64,000 nt of DNA from an uncultured virus (IMG/VR IMGVR_UViG_3300033997_000210) (IMGVR_UViG_3300033997_000210), one strand, 5' to 3'. Shown: positions 7,836-16,608, counted from the first letter of the stretch. Notes: generated by a model from the sequence alone, not told the origin. A program made the numbers and translations.

Positions 7836-7890
7836 CAGGGCGGCCAGGCCGACGCGGGCGGTGCGCTTGGTGCTGAGGGTCAGGGGCATG
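7836..7890. repeat. 55-bp direct repeat, copy 2
   Basis: Duplicates the first 18 codons of the 6743-7258 gene. Confidence 0.9.
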
Positions 7891-7925
7891 GCTAGGTCTC
7901 CGTTCCGGCGGCTGCCGATGACGGA

Positions 7926-7966
7926 ACAATAGCGCTGCTATCTAACCTTTACAATAGCGATGCTGT
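7926..7966 (-). promoter_or_regulatory. PL-like promoter with two repressor operators
   Basis: TTGTAA-17-TATTGT on the minus strand; operators ATAGC-N3-GCT(A/G)T at 7929-7941 and 7954-7966. Confidence 0.75.
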
Positions 7967-8012
7967 TTACGGGCCGTGTTTGCTTCAAGGAATTTCTGAA
8001 TCCGTTAAGAAA

Positions 8013-8423
8013 TCAGAATTCCCAACGCTTGAGGCAGTCACTGTAGGCAGCGTCTCTAAACTCACCCGTGACCACGTCTTTGGCGGCATCACTGGTCAAG
8101 CGAGGAAGTTCATATGCTTTGTGGACGAAGCCAACGTACGGCTCACCATACTTCGTCGCCGTCGCCATGACTGTCGACATTGGGGTGCCCATCTGCCTTG
8201 CCTTCATGATGCGCTCGGCAGCAGTGGACTCGCCTTCGCACAGTTCGGCCGTTGACCCCCTGAGCGTTTCGATAGCCTCTTGAGCTTTTGTCGCAGCCTC
8301 AGCTGCCGATGCAGAAGCGCGGGCAGCGGCTGCGCGCGCTGGATCGTTGCTAGGATTGCTTGCGTTTACGCACCCACAAAGGGCCAGCACCACTATCCCA
8401 GCGGCAGACAAGTACTTCTTCAT
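8013..8423 (-). CDS. Lipoprotein in the repressor operon
   Basis: MKKYLSAAGIVVLALCGC signal peptide and lipobox. Confidence 0.75.
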   Translation of the reverse strand: MKKYLSAAGIVVLALCGCVNASNPSNDPARAAAARASASAAEAATKAQEAIETLRGSTAELCEGESTAAERIMKARQMGTPMSTVMATATKYGEPYVGFVHKAYELPRLTSDAAKDVVTGEFRDAAYSDCLKRWEF

Positions 8424-8435
8424 TGGGTCATGCCC

Positions 8436-8840
8436 TCATCCATAGCGGCTGCGGAGCAAGCCGGCATCTTCAAAGCTGACGCCGTCCCGCATGCAATCTT
8501 CGGCGCGCTCCAAGTCCTTATGCAGCTGGATCAGGTCATCGTCCGGAAGCTGTTCGATCCCGATGTAACCGAAACAAGCCTGATCGATCAAGAGCTGCAT
8601 GGGAGCGCCCCAGCGCCTTTGAAAGTGCCGGATCATGCGGCAGTGTGATTCACGAAGTACGACGTCCATGCGGCCCGCCGGGTGCGTGATCTTCCTACTA
8701 GCTCCATCAGGTGCTGTAGCTGGCAGCTCAACCGGCTTTACGCTTCCGACCACCGTGAGCTTGGGCTTCTCGCCCATCTTCCGCTGCGCGCGCAGCGCGA
8801 TCAGCTGAGCTAGCTTGTCCATCTCCTGATCGAGATCCAT
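8436..8840 (-). CDS. Hypothetical protein co-transcribed with the repressor
   Basis: 134-aa ORF starting inside the 3' tail of the repressor ORF. Confidence 0.65.
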   Translation of the reverse strand: MDLDQEMDKLAQLIALRAQRKMGEKPKLTVVGSVKPVELPATAPDGASRKITHPAGRMDVVLRESHCRMIRHFQRRWGAPMQLLIDQACFGYIGIEQLPDDDLIQLHKDLERAEDCMRDGVSFEDAGLLRSRYG

Positions 8841-9261
8841 CTGTACGCTTCCCCTGTTTCCTCAGATCCGCAGCAAGTGCAACGCGCAGCGCCTGGGCGA
8901 ACAGATCGGGCGATTGCTCGACATCAAATGTCTCGCCTGTGGCCAGATCTAGAGCCTTACGCACCACAGCGATGGCGGCCACGACGATATCGGCGTTAAG
9001 TCTCGCAACCTGAGACGTGCCGAAACTATCCATCAGGCGAGCGTACTCAGCGCTTACTTCCTGGGGCTGTAGCCCGAGAACATCGGCTAAAGCCTCTGCC
9101 TTGTCCCAGGGCACTGGTCGCAAGCCAGTCGAAAATTGAGAAATGAAGCTGGGGGTGACCTCCAGTCGCTCCGCAACCAGCGCCTGGGTCAGGCCGGAGC
9201 GGGTGATGGCCTCCGCGATTGCGCGGCCCTCAGCGGTCTTGGGGTTGGCTGGCCTAGGCAT
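8728..9261 (-). CDS. CI-like XRE HTH repressor without an S24 peptidase domain
   Basis: AITRSGLTQALVAERLEVTPSFISQFSTGLRP HTH; divergent from cro. Confidence 0.85.
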   Translation of the reverse strand: MPRPANPKTAEGRAIAEAITRSGLTQALVAERLEVTPSFISQFSTGLRPVPWDKAEALADVLGLQPQEVSAEYARLMDSFGTSQVARLNADIVVAAIAVVRKALDLATGETFDVEQSPDLFAQALRVALAADLRKQGKRTDGSRSGDGQASSADRAARAAEDGREAQAHGGRKRKAG

Positions 9262-9337
9262 ATAGCGATGCTATTTGAAGGTGTTCAGGAAGACGAACAG
9301 CGTTGCTATTTACATGGATAAATAGCACTGCTATGTT
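9262..9337. promoter_or_regulatory. OR region: three operators plus PR and PRM
   Basis: A(T/C)AGC-N3-GCTAT at 9262-9274, 9297-9309 and 9322-9334. PR is TTTACA-17-TATGTT (9309-9337). PRM -10 is TAGCAT (minus strand, 9268-9273). Confidence 0.8.
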
Positions 9338-9343
9338 TGGCGC

Positions 9344-9616
9344 ATGAACGAGCCCAGCCACCCCGTGGTACCGATCCAAAAGGCCATCGACGCGGTAGGA
9401 GGGCAGGGCGCACTAGCGCGCCTGCTCAAGGTTCACCCCGCGTTGGTTTCGCAATGGCGCACAGGCCGTCGCCCGGTTGCCGCGCATCACATCCTGTCGA
9501 TCGAGGCGATGACCCAAGTCTCGAGGCATGAATTACGGCCTGACATCTTCGGCGAACTCCCCTGCTCGGAGACCGACCCGGACGCTGATCGGATCGTGCC
9601 GGTCGACGCGGCGTGA
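9344..9616 (+). CDS. Cro/YdaS-like repressor
   Basis: AIDAVGGQGALARLLKVHPALVSQW...IEAMTQVSRHELRPDIF. Confidence 0.88.
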   Translation: MNEPSHPVVPIQKAIDAVGGQGALARLLKVHPALVSQWRTGRRPVAAHHILSIEAMTQVSRHELRPDIFGELPCSETDPDADRIVPVDAA

Positions 9617-9724
9617 CCGCGATCCCGCCAGACCGCTGAGCCGCGATCCACAAGCCACCACCCCCCTGAATTTCGGTCGTCCTGTCCATGGCGACCACTT
9701 TGCATCGCCTCCCGAGGTGCGTAA

Positions 9725-10327
9725 ATGAAGCCTGATCCTCAGTACCACGAGCCGCGCTCCGCGGTGGTGTTCCGGCACACGACCGACGCCATCCGCAACA
9801 GCGGCCATACCGACAGCAGCCTGGCCCAGGCGATCGCCGAGCAGTACATGGCCGACGTCGCTCCTGGTGAGCGCATTCTGCAGTTCCACATCGGCGAAGA
9901 TGCCGACAGCACCGAGCGCGCGCTGAAGGCAAACGCCCAGATCGTCGGCCGGATCCGCAACGGCACGGTGAAGATGCCAGTGGACCTCGAAGAATCGTGG
10001 GTCCGCGCGCTTCCGCCGCACTGGCGCGACGCATGCTCGCGTGAGCTGGCCCAGCGCTACGGCTTTCTCGGTGCCCGTATCCCGATGATGGAGCCGCATG
10101 CCGGCGTACTGGCTGTGGCCCGCCTGTCGGTGGAGTTCGGTCATACGCTCGAAGCGATCACCAACGTCCTGGCCGACGGCCGCATCTGCCCGAAGGACAT
10201 ACCTGAGCTGCGCCGCGCGCTGGACGAGATCGGTCAGCTTGAGGCGGAGCTGGTGACTGCCAAGCGCTACGTATCGGGTCACCTGCAGGATCTGGCGCCG
10301 CGAGCGGTGCAGGGTGCGCAGCGATGA
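9725..10327 (+). CDS. Phage regulatory protein at the CII position
   Basis: Follows cro; C-terminal LADGRI...ELRRALDEI motif typical of CII/YmfL-like proteins. Confidence 0.6.
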   Translation: MKPDPQYHEPRSAVVFRHTTDAIRNSGHTDSSLAQAIAEQYMADVAPGERILQFHIGEDADSTERALKANAQIVGRIRNGTVKMPVDLEESWVRALPPHWRDACSRELAQRYGFLGARIPMMEPHAGVLAVARLSVEFGHTLEAITNVLADGRICPKDIPELRRALDEIGQLEAELVTAKRYVSGHLQDLAPRAVQGAQR

Positions 10328-10650
10328 GCGGCGGTGCAATGGTGAGCTGGGCAATCGCGGTGGTCGGCGAGTTCGACAGTGCTGGCCGCCGGATCCCAGA
10401 GAGCGTGGTGCCGCTTCTGCCCATGGTGGATGTAGTCCTCTGGGCCAAAGAGCAAACGCAGCCGGTGCGCGTTGATGCGCTTCAGAAGCGATTCGGCCTT
10501 TCGCGTGCGACGGCATACCGCTGGCAGCTCGCGCTGCAGGACCTCAACGACCCGGCGGCCGCAAAGCGGCGGCTTCCCAACCTGCGGCAGTTGAGCACCG
10601 CGATGGGGCGTGAGGTTCCCGTTTCGGGCCACGCGGAGGCGACAGGATGA
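10324..10650 (+). CDS. HTH protein
   Basis: LQKRFGLSRATAYRW. Confidence 0.7.
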   Translation: MSGGAMVSWAIAVVGEFDSAGRRIPESVVPLLPMVDVVLWAKEQTQPVRVDALQKRFGLSRATAYRWQLALQDLNDPAAAKRRLPNLRQLSTAMGREVPVSGHAEATG

Positions 10651-11033
10651 ACATCAGTCCGACCCTCGGTCTGCGCTGTGGCCCTGCGCTCCGTGCCGCT
10701 CCGGCTGAGCGAGAGCCGGCCGTAGCTCCGGTAGCCGCCGCGATGTCTGAAAAGAAGCCGCGGCGGAGCGCGCCGCAGCACGCGCTAGCCGGCTACAACA
10801 CCACCAGGATCGTCATGGAGTTCATGCGCTGGGCAGTCGAGCTCAGCGATTTCCCAACCGTCGAGGCCATTGTTCGGCACTTCGGCGTGAGCCGCGCCAC
10901 GGCGTACCGCTGGCGCAACAGCCTGGGTGAGACATACCGGCTGGAGACGCTGCCACCCAACGAGCATGAGATGACCAGGATTGGTAGCCCCGGTCCTGCG
11001 GCACGCGGCAAGCACGGTGTCGGGGAACCCTGA
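10647..11033 (+). CDS. HTH protein, paralogue of the preceding gene
   Basis: IVRHFGVSRATAYRW. Confidence 0.7.
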   Translation: MNISPTLGLRCGPALRAAPAEREPAVAPVAAAMSEKKPRRSAPQHALAGYNTTRIVMEFMRWAVELSDFPTVEAIVRHFGVSRATAYRWRNSLGETYRLETLPPNEHEMTRIGSPGPAARGKHGVGEP

Positions 11034-12034
11034 TGATCTACTTCGAGATGTATCCGGGCGACTACCTCAAGGACACGACCCGGCTGTCCCTGACAGACCA
11101 CGGCGTCTACTTCAAGCTGATGCTGGCGTACTACTCGGAAGAGCAGGCGCTGCCAGAGAGCCTGGCCGAGCTGTACATCATCGCCGGCGCAATCACTGCC
11201 GCGGACAAGGCCGCGGTCAAGAAGGTCGCAGAGCGCTACTTCCCCGTGGCAGAAGACGGATTGCGGCACAGCAAGCGCTGCGATGAGCAAATAGCCAAGG
11301 CGCAAGGCCGAATTGCGGAGGGCCAAGGCCGCCGCGATGCCCGAAAGAGCAATGAAACCGAGCGCCAGGCACGCACCCGAGCACGCAGAACCATGCTGTT
11401 CGAAGACCTGCGCGCTGTCGGCGTAGTGCCGGGAGGCATGGTCACGATGGCACAGCTGAAGGCGCTCCACGTCACGCATGTCACGGGCGACGAGCGCGTG
11501 ACGCTCGACCAGTTGTCACGCGTGACATGTCACGCAGAGTCACGTGTGACAGGTGGTGTGAACACAGGTGTGAACACGGGTACCCAGACCCCAGACCCCA
11601 TTACTACTCCAGATACATCACATCTCACTCAAGGATATCTGGGAGGCGTGACCGACGCGGGGCGTGCGTGCTTGCTGATGCGCAGGGCTGGATGCCATTC
11701 CACCAACCCGAGCCACCCAGACTTGCTGGCCGCCCTGAAGGAGGGCGTGACGCCGGAGACGCTGGGGCACACGGTCGCTGAAGGGCTGGCGCGATCGCCA
11801 CCGATTACGAACCCGTTCGCCTGGGCGATCAGGACCGCCCGCAACCGACACGCCGCCGGCGCAGCGCCGACGAACACCACCAATCCCGGAGGCCCCAATG
11901 CAAACCCTCAACTCGGTTCTGCCGAACACGTCGCAGAGCAGCGGCGACTCCACGAACAGCGCGAGGCAGCTGGCGGCCTTGGCAGATCAGGCAGCGATGT
12001 CATCGACGTCGAGTTCGAACCCGTCCACCACTGA
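11033..12034 (+). CDS. Replication initiator, DUF1376/YdaU family
   Basis: YFEMYPGDYLKDTTRLSLTDHGVYFKLMLAYY; internal GTCAC repeat cluster. Confidence 0.85.
   Translation: MIYFEMYPGDYLKDTTRLSLTDHGVYFKLMLAYYSEEQALPESLAELYIIAGAITAADKAAVKKVAERYFPVAEDGLRHSKRCDEQIAKAQGRIAEGQGRRDARKSNETERQARTRARRTMLFEDLRAVGVVPGGMVTMAQLKALHVTHVTGDERVTLDQLSRVTCHAESRVTGGVNTGVNTGTQTPDPITTPDTSHLTQGYLGGVTDAGRACLLMRRAGCHSTNPSHPDLLAALKEGVTPETLGHTVAEGLARSPPITNPFAWAIRTARNRHAAGAAPTNTTNPGGPNANPQLGSAEHVAEQRRLHEQREAAGGLGRSGSDVIDVEFEPVHH
11441..11577. repeat. Putative replication origin iterons
   Basis: Dense GTCACG/GTGAC cluster, palindrome TGTCACGCGTGACA at 11514-11527, and GGTGTGAACAC x2, all inside the initiator gene. Confidence 0.6.
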
Positions 12035-12611
12035 TCCGGACCAGCGCGCTGTGAGCGCCCTGTGGACCGTGTGGGAGCGCATGGCCGGCATGTTCCCTGG
12101 GAAGTGGGTGCGCGAGAACGGTGCTGCACCGGTGAACAATGCTGGCGGCCTGACTACCGCTGGTGAACTGTGGTTCCAGGTGATGTCCGGCATTACCCCG
12201 CGGCAGGTGGCCGAAGGCCTGGCCAACTGCCTGCGCAGCGCGTTGCAGTGGCCGCCGAACCCGGGCCAGTTCCGTGCCATGTGCCTGGGCGTTCCCGCGC
12301 TTGCCGAGGTCGACGGCCAGATGCGGCCTGGCCAGGACCACAGCGGATTCACGGTGCTGGTGCGATCGAAGCTGGACCTGCACGCCTACCGCACCGCCGA
12401 GAGCGGCGCGCTGCAGCAGCGCATGTTGGCCAACGCTTACGAGCGGGCGGTGAAGCACGTCATGGACGGCGGTGCCGTACCCGAGCCGATGGCTGCATTG
12501 CCAGCACCCAGGCCAGAGCCGCAGGTCGTGCGCGATCGCGATGCCGCGCGAAGCGCCATGGCTGCTGCCGCTGCCGAGCTTGGATTTGGAGGCGCACATG
12601 GAGCCGGCTGA
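11898..12611 (+). CDS. Replication protein P-like helicase loader
   Basis: MAGMFPGKW...WPPNPGQFRAMCLG; follows the initiator. True start is uncertain. Confidence 0.65.
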   Translation: MQTLNSVLPNTSQSSGDSTNSARQLAALADQAAMSSTSSSNPSTTDPDQRAVSALWTVWERMAGMFPGKWVRENGAAPVNNAGGLTTAGELWFQVMSGITPRQVAEGLANCLRSALQWPPNPGQFRAMCLGVPALAEVDGQMRPGQDHSGFTVLVRSKLDLHAYRTAESGALQQRMLANAYERAVKHVMDGGAVPEPMAALPAPRPEPQVVRDRDAARSAMAAAAAELGFGGAHGAG

Positions 12612-13128
12612 TATCCGCGCCTACCAGCGGCAGCTGCTGCTGTTCTGCTTGGGCATCCACGGCGAGAGCACCGCAGCGGAAGCGTTGGAGCTGATGGGCA
12701 ACGCCGCGCTCGAGTCAGGTGCGCCGCGTGAGGCGATGCTACTGAGCACGGCCGCCGTGGCTGGCCTTCTGCGAGAGCTGGACGGTGATGGCCTGGTGCG
12801 CAGGTGCGAGAACCGCGACAGCGGCCGCGATGGACGGCCGGTGGCGACGTGGGCTGCGACTGAGGCCGGCCGCGTGGAGCGTGCGCCGGCGCCGCCCTCG
12901 GGTCAGCAGCAGCTGGCCATGCCAATGCTCGCGCCACCCTCAGGTCAGCGCACGCGCGGCGGGTTGTCGATGGAACAGTTGATGGCACTGCTTAACGTCG
13001 AATTCGACTGCATGCTCGAGCAAATGGACCGCGAGCACCAGGCCGCACAGCAACGCGCCCGGCAGGAGTTCGACGCATTCCGGCAGCGCGCGATGCGTGT
13101 GTGGGGCGCGATGGAGGCATCCGCCTGA
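12598..13128 (+). CDS. Hypothetical winged-helix-like protein
   Basis: GGAGG SD; LLRELDGDGLVRR...GRPVATW motif. Confidence 0.55.
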   Translation: MEPADIRAYQRQLLLFCLGIHGESTAAEALELMGNAALESGAPREAMLLSTAAVAGLLRELDGDGLVRRCENRDSGRDGRPVATWAATEAGRVERAPAPPSGQQQLAMPMLAPPSGQRTRGGLSMEQLMALLNVEFDCMLEQMDREHQAAQQRARQEFDAFRQRAMRVWGAMEASA

Positions 13129-13640
13129 TGCCGCCGAAGAAGACGTCCAGCCGGTCGCTGCGCTATGCAACCGTGCAGGACATGCCGGAAGGCATGCGCC
13201 GCCTCGTGCAGGCCAGTGCGCCGACAGCCGGGCCAGCACCGGCCGCGCCGCGCGCCTACCGTCCGCCGTCTGCTGTTCAGCCCTCTGGCAACGGAAACGC
13301 CGCCGGCAAGGTCGCACGCGGCAGGCCGCGGCACGTGCCAGGGGAGATGAACAAGACCGAGGAAGCCTATGCCGCGCATCTGGCGCTAAAGCTGGCCGCC
13401 GGCGAGATCGCGTGGTTCCGATTCGAGTCCGTGAAGCTGAAGTTGGCCGAAAAGACCCACCTCACCATCGACTTCTTCGTAATGACGGCCGCCGGTGACC
13501 TGGAGGCCCACGAGGTGAAGGGCTTCTGGGAGGAAGACGCTCGCGTGAAGGTGAAGGTGGCCGCCGAGATGTACCCGTTCCGATTCCTGGCAGTCCAGCG
13601 CGCCCCTGGCGGCGGCTGGAAAACGGAGGTGTTCTCTTGA
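13128..13640 (+). CDS. DUF1064-like PD-(D/E)xK nuclease / resolvase
   Basis: MNKTEEAYAAHL...LTIDFFV...AHEVKGFW. Confidence 0.75.
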   Translation: MPPKKTSSRSLRYATVQDMPEGMRRLVQASAPTAGPAPAAPRAYRPPSAVQPSGNGNAAGKVARGRPRHVPGEMNKTEEAYAAHLALKLAAGEIAWFRFESVKLKLAEKTHLTIDFFVMTAAGDLEAHEVKGFWEEDARVKVKVAAEMYPFRFLAVQRAPGGGWKTEVFS

Positions 13641-14431
13641 ACGCAATGATGATTGGCGGGGTCACTGTACGCCGCGACGACGTGGGCAGGTTCTGCCTGA
13701 ACGACCTGCACCAAGCATCCGGTGGTGCGAAGCGCCACCAGCCCAGCGACTGGCAGCGCCTGAAGCAGACCGAGGAACTGGTGGCCGAACTGGTCAATTC
13801 CGGGGAATCCCGGGTTTACCCCATGCACTCGGTGGCGGGCCGCTACGGCGGCAGCTACGTGGTGCGCGAGCTGGTCTATGCCTACGCCATGTGGATCAGC
13901 CCCAGCTTCAGCCTGCAGGTGATCCGCGCCTATGACGCGCTGGCGGCCGGCGCTCCCGCTCCTGACCCGATGCAAGCGCTGACCGATCCGGCGACGCTCC
14001 GCGCGTTGCTGCTGTCGTATAGCGAGAAAGCCGAGATCCTAGAGGCGCGCGTGCAGTACCAGGAGCCGCAGGTGCGTGCGCTGCTGCGGCTGACCCAGGC
14101 CGATGGCACCTTCAACATCAGCACCGCGGCCAAGATGCTGCAGGTCCAGCCTCGCCAGCTGTTCGCCTGGCTGTCCGAGCATGGCTGGATCTACCGACGC
14201 GCGGGCAGCAAGAACTGGCTGGCCTACCAAACACGCCTGCAGCAGGGCGTGCTGGTGCACAAGGCGTGCATCCAGCGCACCGACGGTGAGCAGGAGCGCG
14301 TACACGAGCAGGTGCTGGTGACCGCGAAGGGTCTGTCGCGGCTGGCCGAGAGCATCGACCGGGACCAGATGACCTGGGCTCGGGCCGACGCGGCCATCGG
14401 TTTGCAGCTGACTGTGGAGGTGATCCAGTGA
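13637..14431 (+). CDS. KilA-N / KilA-C (ANT) antirepressor
   Basis: FCLNDLHQASGG...YAYAMWISPSF in the N-terminal half; LFAWLSEHGWIYRR...VLVTAKGL in the C-terminal half. Confidence 0.9.
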   Translation: MNAMMIGGVTVRRDDVGRFCLNDLHQASGGAKRHQPSDWQRLKQTEELVAELVNSGESRVYPMHSVAGRYGGSYVVRELVYAYAMWISPSFSLQVIRAYDALAAGAPAPDPMQALTDPATLRALLLSYSEKAEILEARVQYQEPQVRALLRLTQADGTFNISTAAKMLQVQPRQLFAWLSEHGWIYRRAGSKNWLAYQTRLQQGVLVHKACIQRTDGEQERVHEQVLVTAKGLSRLAESIDRDQMTWARADAAIGLQLTVEVIQ

Positions 14432-14580
14432 TCTCGAAAATCCCAAGCCTGGATGAGGAAATGCACCACCAATACCTAGAAGAGAGGGAAGGTCCTATTA
14501 GGTGTCACGTCGGCGGCACCGTCTGGGACGCCTGGCATGATGGCCGGCCCCGTTGGGTCAGCAACTGCGAGGTGGCCTGA
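14428..14580 (+). CDS. 50-aa ORF absent from the supplied track
   Basis: GTGA overlap with the antirepressor stop and TGATG overlap with the next start; MISKIPSLDEEMHHQYLEERE... Confidence 0.5.
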   Translation: MISKIPSLDEEMHHQYLEEREGPIRCHVGGTVWDAWHDGRPRWVSNCEVA

Positions 14581-15329
14581 TGTCAGTAGTAGTCGCGCCC
14601 GCGGTAGGCCTAACACCTTGTGGCAATTGCGGCAGCGAGGAAGTGCGCATGCGCGCGCGGGGGAGCACCAGCACCCGGCGCACCGCGCAGGTCGTTTGCG
14701 CGCGCTGCAGCGCCCAGAGTGAGCTGTGCATAGGCGCAGGTGCGGAAGCTAAGGCGGTCAAGGCATGGGGACAGAAACCCCACGCGCCTCTGGCACCGCC
14801 AACAGCGAGGGTGGTGCGCGACCGGGCGCCGGTGCCAGACCTCCCCCTGCAGCGCGACCCGCTCGAACTGATTGCCCGCATGCTGGTTGGCGGAAGCTTC
14901 CGGATTCCTACGCAGGGGCGCACGCCGACGATGATCACTGCGGCCGACGTGGCCGGAGCTGTCGGGATGATGCGTGATCCGGTGGCCAAGCAGACGGCAA
15001 TTGTCGTTGTCCAACGTGCCGAAGGTAGGGCACTTGTCGCTCTGGGGCGCAGCGTGGCTAGGAGGGTGTTTCGGACATGCCGCGAAATGGGCGGCGCCGC
15101 GCCACTGCGAATTGATGATCCGGCCGACCGCTGGCGTATGAGACTCGTGCTACAAGACGCAATCAATGACCTGGTGTGGCCAGAGAGGAAAGTGCCCGCC
15201 CAAGCTGCGGCAATGGCGGCCAAAATGCGAAAGGCTGTCTATCTTCAGGCGTACACAATTGCATCTGGTGTGCTGGTCGGCGCTCTGGAAAATGCACGTC
15301 AGGAGTTCGGCAGGCGGATATTCACTTGA
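14580..15329 (+). CDS. Lar-like Zn ribbon fused to a putative Q-like late regulator
   Basis: LTPCGNCG...VVCARCSAQ...AVKAW N-terminus; helical C-terminal part; last early gene before the late region. Confidence 0.55.
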   Translation: MSVVVAPAVGLTPCGNCGSEEVRMRARGSTSTRRTAQVVCARCSAQSELCIGAGAEAKAVKAWGQKPHAPLAPPTARVVRDRAPVPDLPLQRDPLELIARMLVGGSFRIPTQGRTPTMITAADVAGAVGMMRDPVAKQTAIVVVQRAEGRALVALGRSVARRVFRTCREMGGAAPLRIDDPADRWRMRLVLQDAINDLVWPERKVPAQAAAMAAKMRKAVYLQAYTIASGVLVGALENARQEFGRRIFT

Positions 15330-15395
15330 GTCCAGAGCGATCGAGAATCGCCCCATTCTGTGGGAGAATCTTAAGAAACAACAGGGGGGCGCTTA

Positions 15396-16337
15396 ATGGT
15401 TGAGGATAGGAAAAACCGATTTTGGCTCTGGTTGCGAGAGCTCCAATGGCCGGCGATAGCAATGAGCGTTGGGGCGATCGGAGTTGTCGTACTTCGTATG
15501 CGCTATCCGGAGGTTTTTAAGCTCGACGCGATTTCTGTCGTGCTCATTGTATTGGCTATCCTTCCTTGGTTGCGATCAATCGTTAAATCGGTAGAGGTCG
15601 CTGGTTTAGGAAAGCTTGAGCTGCAAGATGTTGAGAATGCAGCGCGGAGGGTTGAGGATTCCGGCTTACCTAAGCCCGATCCTAGCGAGCCGGAAGCACA
15701 GGGGACAAGTGCCGCAAGCGGAAACGTCGATGCCGCTGATAGTGACGTCGGAGTTAGGCAAGTGCAAGACGATCCCATGGTCGACAGAGCTGCCGCCGAA
15801 GCTGCTCTTGATATCGTTAGTTCGCTGCCCAGCAGGAGGGTTCAGACGATAGTCGGAGCAGGTTTTGGGAAGCCTGCTGATTCATTTTCGAAGATGCATT
15901 CTTTCGGATTCTCCAGCACGGACTTGGCGTACTCGGACAGCCGCCTAGCCGGAGCCGCGCTTCTTTTCACGCGAGGCCTGCAACGCTTGGCAAAGGAGTT
16001 CGGAATTGCGTACACGTCTGCACAGGACACGATTTCACGGCTTTTCGGTGTCGGTGCCATCGACGCGAAACAGGCTGATGCTCTGGTCACTGCTTCGAGT
16101 CTTCTTAGAGCCGCACGTGGATTGGAGGCGAGCGGGCTTGCTGTTCAGAAGACGCTTGACGTTGTCATGGACGTCGTGGAATCGCTCGAGGTGCTAAGAA
16201 AAAAGGAGCATTCGCGTAGGACCAAAGTTTCGGCAGGTACCGCAGCTGTGGCTGATAAAACATCTGGAAACGCTAGCGTCGCTTCAGCGCAAGGTGTGGA
16301 TGCTGACCGCGGAACGGAGCCCAAGGCAGAACGCTAA
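15396..16337 (+). CDS. Two-TM moron protein
   Basis: Two N-terminal TM helices followed by SIVKSVEVAGLGKLEL; lower GC. Confidence 0.75.
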   Translation: MVEDRKNRFWLWLRELQWPAIAMSVGAIGVVVLRMRYPEVFKLDAISVVLIVLAILPWLRSIVKSVEVAGLGKLELQDVENAARRVEDSGLPKPDPSEPEAQGTSAASGNVDAADSDVGVRQVQDDPMVDRAAAEAALDIVSSLPSRRVQTIVGAGFGKPADSFSKMHSFGFSSTDLAYSDSRLAGAALLFTRGLQRLAKEFGIAYTSAQDTISRLFGVGAIDAKQADALVTASSLLRAARGLEASGLAVQKTLDVVMDVVESLEVLRKKEHSRRTKVSAGTAAVADKTSGNASVASAQGVDADRGTEPKAER

Positions 16338-16404
16338 GGAACATTACCGCAGTCGCCGTGAACCTTACCGCATTCGACCGAGTGCGGTAAGGAACATTAC
16401 CGCA
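16335..16404. promoter_or_regulatory. TTACCGCA repeat cluster upstream of the late operon
   Basis: TTACCGCA at 16344, 16365 and 16397; inverted copy at 16383-16390; TAAGGAACATTACCGCAGT x2. Confidence 0.6.
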
Positions 16405-16526
16405 GTTGCATCGGGAACCAGAAGTTGTGCACAGTACTTACCGTGGGCGAGGTAGTAAGCAGCTCACGGAACAGCGGCCGCAGGCCTGGACTCGGGAGGT
16501 CCAGTCACCTGCGGTTCGTCGTTTCT

Positions 16527-16608
16527 GGGGCGGGTTGCCCGATGGGCGCGGGGCCGGACTGTAAATTCGGCGTCTGTGACTCGCGTGGTTCGACTCCACG
16601 TCGCCCCA
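16527..16608 (+). tRNA. Phage tRNA-Tyr(GTA), atypical D-arm, no encoded CCA
   Basis: GGGGCGG/TCGCCCC acceptor stem, CCGGA-CTGTAAA-TTCGG anticodon arm, long variable arm, CGTGG-TTCGACT-CCACG T-arm. Confidence 0.7.
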
